In this document: one piece after another, positions 46,938 through 54,305 of the stretch
How positions within the stretch are numbered: position 1 is the first letter of the stretch
Layout of the letters: every line of letters begins with the position of its first letter
Assembly (NCBI GenBank): GCA_050015255.1
Contig: JBEKBT010000004.1
Span: 3,551-67,550 of the forward strand
DNA: 64,000 nucleotides
Direction: 5' to 3'
Source of the DNA: Acidimicrobiales bacterium
GTDB lineage: Bacteria; Actinomycetota; Acidimicrobiia; Acidimicrobiales; Bog-793
The notes under the pieces: generated by a model
Told to the model about the DNA's origin: nothing
The model's input: only the letters and a program-made list of their open reading frames with translations
The model's database searches: none
Program-made: the position numbers and the translations under genes

Positions 46938-48023
46938 ATGGTGGTCACCCAGCTTCTTCCACTGCCTGCAGCCGGCCTGCCGACCAAGGACAGCCCGGAG
47001 TACGTGCGCATCTCCATGGCGAGCGCGATCGCGCTACGGATGCGCTCGGGCCAGTTCAGCCGGGACTTCGGCTTCGGTGGCATCAACCTGTTGCTCAACT
47101 ACGAGCAAGGGTGCCGGTCCGACTGCGGCTACTGCGGGCTCGCCCGTACCCGCCCGGGCAGTTACGAGGACAAGTCGTTCATAAGGGTGGAGTGGCCGCT
47201 CGTGCGAACCGATGATCTCGTGGAGCGGGTGGCGCTTTTCGAGCCGGGGCTGACACGGCTCTGCATCTCGATGGTGACTCACGGCCGCGCGTACCGAGAT
47301 ACCTGCGATATCGCGCGGAGGATCGCCGAACGCGTCCGGACTCCGGTATCCGTCCTCGTCGCGCCGCCGACGCTGAGGCGCGAGCGCCTCGAGACCTTCA
47401 GGTCGATCGGTGTCGACATGATCGGGATCGGGCTCGACGCCGTCACCGAGAAGCTTTTCCGGAGCATTCGCACCGAGGTTCCTGCAGGTGGCCTGAAGTG
47501 GGAGAAGTACTGGGAGGTCGTGACCGACGCCCGCGACATCTTCGGGCCGTGGAAGGTGAACGTGCACACTCTGGTCGGGCTCGGTGAGTCGGACCAGGAC
47601 CTGCTCGCTCTGTTCGTCGCGCTGCGGGACCGGCAGATCTTCTCCTACCTGTTCTGCTTCAACCCGGAGCCTGACTCGCGCATGGCCGCCCAGCCGCAGC
47701 CCTCGCTCAGGCGCTGGCGCCGGGTACAGCTGGCCAGGCACCTGATCGAGGTTGAAGGCTACGGATTGGAGCAGTTCGGCTTCGACAGCGGCGGCGGGAT
47801 TGCCCGCGTGCGGGCGGACCGCTCCGCCATCGAAGAAGTCGTCGCGGACGGCAGGGCGTTCATGACCAACGGCTGCCCGGGCGAGAAGGGTGAACCTGGA
47901 TGCACGAGGCCGTACGGTTCGTACCGGCCCGGAGAATCGTTCCGCGACTACCCATTTCTGCCGGCGGCGAGCGATCTCGAGGAGATCGGCCGCCAGCTGG
48001 GGTTGGATGATGTCGTCGGATGA
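46938..48023 (+). CDS. radical SAM protein (biotin/lipoyl-synthase-like, LipS1/LipS2-type)
   Basis: CX3CX2C motif in YEQGCRSDCGYCGLA. About 361 aa from ATG 46938. Confidence 0.8.
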   Translation: MVVTQLLPLPAAGLPTKDSPEYVRISMASAIALRMRSGQFSRDFGFGGINLLLNYEQGCRSDCGYCGLARTRPGSYEDKSFIRVEWPLVRTDDLVERVALFEPGLTRLCISMVTHGRAYRDTCDIARRIAERVRTPVSVLVAPPTLRRERLETFRSIGVDMIGIGLDAVTEKLFRSIRTEVPAGGLKWEKYWEVVTDARDIFGPWKVNVHTLVGLGESDQDLLALFVALRDRQIFSYLFCFNPEPDSRMAAQPQPSLRRWRRVQLARHLIEVEGYGLEQFGFDSGGGIARVRADRSAIEEVVADGRAFMTNGCPGEKGEPGCTRPYGSYRPGESFRDYPFLPAASDLEEIGRQLGLDDVVG

Positions 48024-48041
48024 ACAGAGAGGTGGGCTGAG

Positions 48042-48833
48042 GTGCGAATCGTCGTGCCAGTGAAGGCGGTGCCCGATCTCGTCGAGGAGATCGATCTCAC
48101 CGCGGACGAGACCGGCATCGACCGGGAGTACCTGACGTTCGTGCTCGGCGAGTGGGACGCTCAGGCTCTCGAAGAGGCGCTGCTGTTGAAGGACGCCAGC
48201 GGGGCCGAGGTCGTGGCCGTCGGCCTGGCCGGTGACCCCGAGATCGACCAGATCCTCTACACCGCGCTCGCCAAGGGCGCGGACGCGGCCGTGAAGCTCG
48301 CTGACGCGAGTGGCGCGGTGTCGCCCGGACCGGCCGGGATCAGGATCGCCGACCGGGCCGCGCTCGTGGCAGGGTACCTCGAGGCTCAGCCTGCCGATCT
48401 GGTGATCTCCGGCGTGCAGGCCGCTGACGATCTGGACGGCCAACTGCCGCCCACGCTCGCTGCGCTCCTCGACCTGCCGCACGTCTCGGTGGCAGTCAGC
48501 GTCGAGGCCGAGGACGGCTCGGTCATCGTCCGCCAGGAGTTCGCCGGCGGGCGGTCACACGAGCTGCAGGTGCAAATGCCCGCCGTGATCGGTGTCCAGT
48601 CGGCCCGCCAGCCCCCTCGCTACGCCCCGATCACCCGGATCAAACAGGCCATGCAGGCGGGAGGGCTGACCGAGCTGGCGGTGTCGTCGCCGGCGATGCG
48701 AAGAGGCGTGGTCGTGCGCCGGATGCACCGCCCGGAGACGAGCGGCCAGGCCGAGATGCTCGAGGGCAGTCCCGGCGAGGTGGCGGATCAGATCGTGGGC
48801 CTGCTTCGCGCACGTGGCCTGATGAAAGGGTGA
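48042..48833 (+). CDS. etfB: electron transfer flavoprotein beta subunit
   Basis: MRIVVPVKAVPD... and EWDAQALEEALLLKD. GTG start follows GAGAGGTGGG. Confidence 0.88.
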   Translation: MRIVVPVKAVPDLVEEIDLTADETGIDREYLTFVLGEWDAQALEEALLLKDASGAEVVAVGLAGDPEIDQILYTALAKGADAAVKLADASGAVSPGPAGIRIADRAALVAGYLEAQPADLVISGVQAADDLDGQLPPTLAALLDLPHVSVAVSVEAEDGSVIVRQEFAGGRSHELQVQMPAVIGVQSARQPPRYAPITRIKQAMQAGGLTELAVSSPAMRRGVVVRRMHRPETSGQAEMLEGSPGEVADQIVGLLRARGLMKG

Positions 48834-48840
48834 ACGACAA

Positions 48841-49803
48841 GTGAGCGGCAATGTGATGGTGCTCGCCGAGCACACCGGCATGCAGGTCTCCGAGGGGACC
48901 TACGAGCTGATCGGCAAGGCGCACGAGCTGGCATCCGCGCTGGGCGGCCTGACCGAGGTGGCCCTGCTCGGACCCGCCGAACTGGCAGGCCAGCTCGGCG
49001 GCGCCGACGTCGTGGTCTCCGTCGATCACCCGGCCCTTGCGGAGTACCTGCCGGAGGCCTACGAGCGGGCGCTGTTGGAGGTGCTGGCACAGCGATCCCC
49101 GCGGCTGTTGCTGATCTCGAACGGGACTGTCGGCCTGGACCTGGCGGCCGCGCTCTCGGTGCGCTGGGACGCGCCACTGGCCGCTTATGTCAGCGCGCTC
49201 GAGATCGACGACGGCGTCGTGACCGCCACTGCGCAGATCCTCGGCGGGAAGGTGCTCGCGGAGCTCGAGCTGCCCGGTGAGCGCGCGATCGCCACCGTGC
49301 TCGGAGGCGCCTTAAGCGTGGAGACGGGCCGCGGCGCCCTCGGCGCGCAGGTGGTGCCCATCACGCCGCCGGCCGGGCTCGACGCGCTGCGGATGTCGCT
49401 TCGACAGGTCGTCGAAGCCGACGGGGGAGACCTCGACATCAGCTCGGCCGAGATGCTGGTCTCGGTCGGCCGCGGGATCGAGTCGCAGGAGAACATGGAG
49501 ATCGTGGCTGAGCTCGCCGACGCTCTCGGCGTCCCGCTTTCGGCGTCGCGCCCCGTGGTGGACGCAGGATGGCTGCCGAAGACCCGCCAGGTGGGCCAAT
49601 CGGGCTTGAAAGTCAAGCCCCGGGTGTATCTCGCGCTCGGCATCTCTGGAGCTCCCGAGCACCTGGAGGGCATGCGCAACGCCGAGCTGATCGTGGCCTG
49701 CAACACCGATCCTGGAGCGCCGATCTTCGGCGTCGCCCACTACGGCACGACCGTGGATCTCTTCGATCTGGTTCCGGAGCTCGTGGGCAAGGTCCGCGGC
49801 TGA
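48841..49803 (+). CDS. etfA: electron transfer flavoprotein alpha subunit
   Basis: C-terminal FAD-binding region with VSVGRGI, SRPVVDAGW, QVGQSGLKVKPRVYLALGISGAPEH and IVACNTDPGAPIF. Confidence 0.88.
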   Translation: MSGNVMVLAEHTGMQVSEGTYELIGKAHELASALGGLTEVALLGPAELAGQLGGADVVVSVDHPALAEYLPEAYERALLEVLAQRSPRLLLISNGTVGLDLAAALSVRWDAPLAAYVSALEIDDGVVTATAQILGGKVLAELELPGERAIATVLGGALSVETGRGALGAQVVPITPPAGLDALRMSLRQVVEADGGDLDISSAEMLVSVGRGIESQENMEIVAELADALGVPLSASRPVVDAGWLPKTRQVGQSGLKVKPRVYLALGISGAPEHLEGMRNAELIVACNTDPGAPIFGVAHYGTTVDLFDLVPELVGKVRG

Positions 49804-49805
49804 CC

Positions 49806-51968
49806 ATGACGGGCCAGCTCGGCCTGGTGGGCACGGCGGTGACCCGGCCGGTCTTCGAGGGCATCGGCCCGCTCGGAAAGGCGATCTTCTACGCGGTGGC
49901 CGCTGTGTCGACGGCCGTCTTCGCCTGGGGGGTCTGGCACCGGGTGCGGAAATACCGTATCGGCCGGGCGGCGGGGCGCGGGCCGACGATCCGGGCTGCT
50001 CTCGGCGGCCGGCTGGGCTCTATCGGCAAGGGGGCATCGGTGGCGAGAGGCAACCGCGCGACCGGTGTGGCGCACTTCCTCATCTTCTGGGGCTTCCTGG
50101 TCGCCTTCCTGGCGACGGTCATCCTCACGATCGACACCGACGTCGTCCGGAACCTCTCCCGGCTGATCGCCGGGCACGAGGACAGCTTCTTTCACGGCAC
50201 GTTCTTTATCGTCTACACCTTCGCGGTAGACACGTTGGGATTCGCGTTTCTCCTCGCCCTCGTCTACATGGTGGTCCGTCGAGGCGTGCGCAGACCCTGG
50301 CGTCTCGGCTACAGCCGGGCGGGCACGCCCGCCGGCGGCTACTCCCGCAAGGCCATGGTGGAGGGCGACTGGCTTTTCCTGGGACTGCTCCTGGCCGTCC
50401 TCGTCACCGCTTATGTGCTGACCGGCCTGCGGATCCTCGGCCAGCACATGCCGTGGTTCACCGTGTTCAGCCCGTTCGCCAGGGTCTTCGCCGAGGCCTT
50501 TTCCGGCCTCGGCATGACGGCGGCCCAGGCCGTGAGCGCCCACACCGTCTTGTGGTGGGTGCACGCCGGCCTCGCGCTGAGCTTCATCGCCTACATCCCC
50601 TACTCCAAGGCCATGCACATGCTCCTCGACGGGGTGAACCTGGTCGCCACGGACCGGTCGGCGACGCTCGCGCTACCCGCGCCGGTGGCGGACCACCCGG
50701 GCTATCAGGAGATCTCCGACTTCACCTGGAAAGAGCTGCTCGACCTCGACGCGTGCACGAGATGCGGCCGCTGCCACGAGGTGTGCCCGGCACGCGCCGG
50801 CGGGGCGCCGCTCTCGCCGCGCGACCTGATCCTCGACCTGCGCCAGTGGGTGGACACTTCGACAGGGGGGATCACGCTGCTGGACCGCGAGCGGAGGCCT
50901 GAGCGCACGGGCCCGCTCGCGAAGCCCGACGGAGTCAGGATCGCCGGGGACGTGATCGATGCCGGCGCGTTGTGGTCCTGCACGACGTGCATGCATTGCA
51001 TTGACGTCTGCCCGGTGGGCGTCGAGCACGTGCCCACGATCGTCCAATTACGGCGCAGCCTGGTCGACGAGGGAACCATGGACGCCACCTTGCAGCAGGC
51101 CCTGCAGAACCTGGCCACACAGGGCAACTCGCTCGGGAAGTCGGCCCGGATGCGAGGCCGTTGGACCCGTGAGCTGGACTTCGAGATCCCAGACGCCCGC
51201 AAGCACCCGGTTAAGTACCTATGGTTCGTTGGCGACTTCGCCAGTTTCGACGAGCGGCTGCAGGAGAGTTCCCGCATCCTCGCCAGGATCCTGCACGACG
51301 CGGGCGTCGATTTCGGCCTGTTGTACGAGGCGGAGCGCAACGCGGGCAACGACGTGCGCCGGGTCGGCGAGGAGGGCCTGTTCGAGGTGCTCGCCGAGCA
51401 CAACCTCGAGGCCCTACGCGAGGCCAGCTTCGACGAGATCTTCACGACCGACCCGCACACGCTCAACGCCCTGCGCAACGAGTACCCCGCGCTGGGGGCG
51501 AGCTACCCGGTCTGGCACTACACCGAGCTGCTCGCCCAGTTGTTAGAGGGCGGCGCCATCGGCGTCGGGCCGCTTGGCTACCGGGTCACCTACCACGATC
51601 CGTGCTATCTGGCCCGTTACAACGGCGTGGTCGAGGCGCCCCGGCGGATCCTGCGGGCGCTCGGCTGCGAACTGATCGAGATGCCCCGCAACGGCGCGGA
51701 CACCTTCTGCTGCGGCGCAGGCGGCGGCCGGATCTGGATGGAGGACAGCCTCCTCAAGGAGCGGCCGAGCGAGAACCGGATCGGCGAGGCACTGCGCCTG
51801 GGCGTGGGACAGTTCGTCGTTGCCTGCCCGAAGGACGTGACCATGTTCTCCGATGCGGTCAAGACTGTCCGGGCTGATGATCGGCTCGCCGTCCGCGACA
51901 TCACGTTGCTGGTACAGGAGGCCATCGCAAGGCTTGCCGAGCCCGGCGTCGTCGGAGAGACGGTGTGA
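49806..51968 (+). CDS. membrane-anchored Fe-S oxidoreductase (NarI/DsrM-like TM module fused to an HdrD/DsrK-like module; EMO-type Etf:quinone oxidoreductase candidate)
   Basis: About 5 N-terminal TM helices with conserved His (VAHFLIFWGF, HTVLWWVHAGL). Then CTRCGRCHEVCP and CTTCMHCIDVCP, then CCG domains (HDPCYLARYNG, FCCGAGGG, VACPKD). ATG 49806 lies 2 nt after the etfA stop. Confidence 0.8.
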   Translation: MTGQLGLVGTAVTRPVFEGIGPLGKAIFYAVAAVSTAVFAWGVWHRVRKYRIGRAAGRGPTIRAALGGRLGSIGKGASVARGNRATGVAHFLIFWGFLVAFLATVILTIDTDVVRNLSRLIAGHEDSFFHGTFFIVYTFAVDTLGFAFLLALVYMVVRRGVRRPWRLGYSRAGTPAGGYSRKAMVEGDWLFLGLLLAVLVTAYVLTGLRILGQHMPWFTVFSPFARVFAEAFSGLGMTAAQAVSAHTVLWWVHAGLALSFIAYIPYSKAMHMLLDGVNLVATDRSATLALPAPVADHPGYQEISDFTWKELLDLDACTRCGRCHEVCPARAGGAPLSPRDLILDLRQWVDTSTGGITLLDRERRPERTGPLAKPDGVRIAGDVIDAGALWSCTTCMHCIDVCPVGVEHVPTIVQLRRSLVDEGTMDATLQQALQNLATQGNSLGKSARMRGRWTRELDFEIPDARKHPVKYLWFVGDFASFDERLQESSRILARILHDAGVDFGLLYEAERNAGNDVRRVGEEGLFEVLAEHNLEALREASFDEIFTTDPHTLNALRNEYPALGASYPVWHYTELLAQLLEGGAIGVGPLGYRVTYHDPCYLARYNGVVEAPRRILRALGCELIEMPRNGADTFCCGAGGGRIWMEDSLLKERPSENRIGEALRLGVGQFVVACPKDVTMFSDAVKTVRADDRLAVRDITLLVQEAIARLAEPGVVGETV

Positions 51969-52017
51969 TGGCCGGCCACGATCAGAACAACGCCGGAACC
52001 GGACGGGAGACGAAGCG

Positions 52018-52452
52018 ATGACCATCGTCAACAAATGCAACCTACCCGAGGACCTGTACTACGTGGTGGGCAAGCACGTTTGGGCGCGCCGTGACGGCGA
52101 TCTGGTGACAGTCGGGATGACCGACGTCGCGCAGAACATGGCGAAGACCATCGTCGCGGTGACACCGAAGGCCGCGGGCAAATCAGTCGAGAAAGGTCGG
52201 AACATCGCCACCGTGGAGAGCGGCAAGTGGGTCGGCCCGGTCTCCGCGCCGATAAGCGGCGAGATCGTGGCGGTCAACGACGCTCTCGTCGCCTCGCCGA
52301 GCCTGGTCAACTCCGATCCCTATGGCGCCGGCTGGGTCGCCCGGTTGCGCCCGTCCGACTGGGAAAGCGATGTCGCCGACCTTGTCACCGGGCCGGAGGG
52401 CATCGAGGCTTACCGCCAGTTCCTCGATGCTGAGGGGATCACCTGCGGCTGA
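52018..52452 (+). CDS. lbpA: GcvH-like lipoate-binding protein LbpA (copy 2)
   Basis: 144 aa. KHVWAR...VTVGMTD, the lipoyl-Lys context IATVESGKWVGPVSAPISGEIVAVN, and DPYGAGWV. Confidence 0.85.
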   Translation: MTIVNKCNLPEDLYYVVGKHVWARRDGDLVTVGMTDVAQNMAKTIVAVTPKAAGKSVEKGRNIATVESGKWVGPVSAPISGEIVAVNDALVASPSLVNSDPYGAGWVARLRPSDWESDVADLVTGPEGIEAYRQFLDAEGITCG

Positions 52453-52537
52453 GCCGTCGAGCCCGTGAGACGCGACTGGGGACGGCATCGGCGCCCCTCG
52501 GGCATACGACGACTCCGAGTCGGTGCCAACCAACTGC

Positions 52538-52571
52538 AGATTAGCCATGTAATCTAGCAGGAAGATAGGAT
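52538..52571 (+). promoter_or_regulatory. candidate operator palindrome and promoter upstream of the dsrE3-like / encapsulin / desulfurase genes
   Basis: AGATTAGCCATGTAATCT (52538-52555; GATTA-N6-TAATC) lies in a locally AT-rich stretch of the 222-nt gap. Possible -35 TTAGCC and -10 TAGGAT (52566-52571). A related GATTA-N8-TAATC occurs upstream of the Rrf2 gene at 58919-58936. Confidence 0.3.
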
Positions 52572-52674
52572 ATCGCAGGTCGCTGATCTCGCTCATCAGC
52601 CCTGGACCGCAGCACCGTCACGCGGCGCCCGGCCTCCCCTCGGGAAGCCGCCGCCGAGTTAGGAGGGAAGTGAC

Positions 52675-53205
52675 ATGGACGACACTGACACCGGAGCCGT
52701 TGCCTCGGCGGCGGCCTCCGGCGCGGACGAGCCCAAGCGAATGGCGATCATCTGCTGGAGCAACGACCTCGACCGGGTATGGCCGGTGATGATCCTGGCC
52801 ACTACGGGCGCCGCCTCCGGTCTCGAGGTGGATGTCTTCTTCACGTTCTGGGGGTTGCGGGTGCTGCAGAAGAACGAGAAGAGGGTCACGGGCCAGAACT
52901 GGATGCAAAAAGGAGAGTCGCTGTTCGACCGCGGTGGCAGCGAGCACCTCAAGCTGAGCAAGGTGCACTTCGCAGGAATGGGGACCTCCATGATCAAGAC
53001 GCTGGCCAAGCAGCACAAGGTCGCCAGCGTGACCGAGATGATGGAGATGGCCATCGACGTCGGCGTGCGGCTGCACCCGTGCCAGATGACCATGGACCTT
53101 TACGGGCTGTCGACGTCGGACTTCATCGACGGGTTGCAGCCCTCCCTTGGCGCTGCCAGCTTCATCGACATGGCCGCCAAGGCCGACATCCAGCTGTTCA
53201 TCTGA
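52675..53205 (+). CDS. DsrE/DsrF/DrsH-like family protein (DsrE3-type sulfurtransferase candidate)
   Basis: 176 aa. MAIICWSNDLDRVWPVMILATTGAASG, a conserved Cys in RLHPCQMTMDL, and GAASFIDMA. A strong AGGAGGGAAG lies upstream of ATG 52675. Confidence 0.78.
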   Translation: MDDTDTGAVASAAASGADEPKRMAIICWSNDLDRVWPVMILATTGAASGLEVDVFFTFWGLRVLQKNEKRVTGQNWMQKGESLFDRGGSEHLKLSKVHFAGMGTSMIKTLAKQHKVASVTEMMEMAIDVGVRLHPCQMTMDLYGLSTSDFIDGLQPSLGAASFIDMAAKADIQLFI

Positions 53206-53366
53206 CATCACCACAGAGCCCCGCGACACGAGAAGGGCTCGATTCGGAGGCCAATTGGAGAGACAGTCCACGTCGAAATGCCCGATCCCGCTAATACTTG
53301 ACGGCTTTGTCCGACCCGCATCTGCGGTTACGTGGTACGGGGCAGTCCACAACGAAAGGTTCAGCA

Positions 53367-54305
53367 ATGCCCAAAGCAGCCAGTGACCAGCCGACAAATC
53401 TCGCGCTGACCGACGACGCAGCGCGCCAACTCACCAATGCCACCAAAAGCACCGCACAGCTCGAGACGATCACGCCCCGCTGGCTGGTTCAGATGCTGCA
53501 GTGGGTCCCGGTCGAGGCAGGTATCTACCGGCTCAACCGGGTCAAGGATCCGAGGTCGGTCACTGTGGCCACCCCGCCCCGAGACGAGTCGGAGCTGCCG
53601 ACGACCTACGTCGGCTACTACGAGAAGCCACGTGAGTACTTCCTGAACACGGTGGCCACCATCGTCGACATCCACACCCGCATCTCCGATCTCTACAGCA
53701 GCCCGTTCGACCAGATCGCCGAGCAGATCAGGCTCACGATCGAGACGGTCAAAGAGCGCCAGGAGAGCGAGCTCATCAACAACCCGGACTACGGGCTGCT
53801 CGCGGTCGCCGATGCCGGTCAGCACCTCTCCACCCTCACCGGCCCGCCCACGCCCGATGACTTCGACGAGCTGATCACGAAGGTCTGGAAAGAGCCGGCG
53901 TTCTTTCTTGCCCACCCGCTCGCCATCGCCGCCTTCGGCCGTGAATGCACGCGCCGCGGCGTCCCGCCCGCGACCGTGAGCATCCACGGATCGCAATTCA
54001 TCACCTGGCGCGGCCTGCCCATCGTCCCCTCCGACAAGGTGCAGATCGACCACGGTAAGACCAAGGTGCTCCTGCTGCGCGTCGGTGAGCGGCGCCAGGG
54101 CGTGATCGGCCTGTACCAGCCCGGCCTGACCGGGGAGCAGTCGCCGGGGCTCTCGGTGCGGTTCATGGGCATCAGCCGCAACGCCATCGCCTCCTATCTG
54201 ATCTCGCTGTACTACTCGCTCGCCGTGCTCACGCCCGATGCGCTCGCAGTTCTCGACGACGTCGAGATCGGCAAGTTCCATGACTACTCACACACCTACC
54301 GGTGA
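53367..54305 (+). CDS. Family 2A encapsulin shell protein (MMP-I / SrpI-like, HK97 fold, no cNMP domain)
   Basis: 312 aa. LTDDAARQLTNATKSTAQLETITPRWLVQMLQWVPVEAGIYRLNRV, DIHTRISDLYSSPFDQIAEQIRLTIETVKERQESELINNPDYGLL, FFLAHPLAIAAFGRECTRRGVPP, GLSVRFMGISRNAIASYL. As I recall it, this is close to collinear with the Mycobacterium leprae major membrane protein I family. ATG 53367 follows GAAAGG. Confidence 0.9.
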   Translation: MPKAASDQPTNLALTDDAARQLTNATKSTAQLETITPRWLVQMLQWVPVEAGIYRLNRVKDPRSVTVATPPRDESELPTTYVGYYEKPREYFLNTVATIVDIHTRISDLYSSPFDQIAEQIRLTIETVKERQESELINNPDYGLLAVADAGQHLSTLTGPPTPDDFDELITKVWKEPAFFLAHPLAIAAFGRECTRRGVPPATVSIHGSQFITWRGLPIVPSDKVQIDHGKTKVLLLRVGERRQGVIGLYQPGLTGEQSPGLSVRFMGISRNAIASYLISLYYSLAVLTPDALAVLDDVEIGKFHDYSHTYR

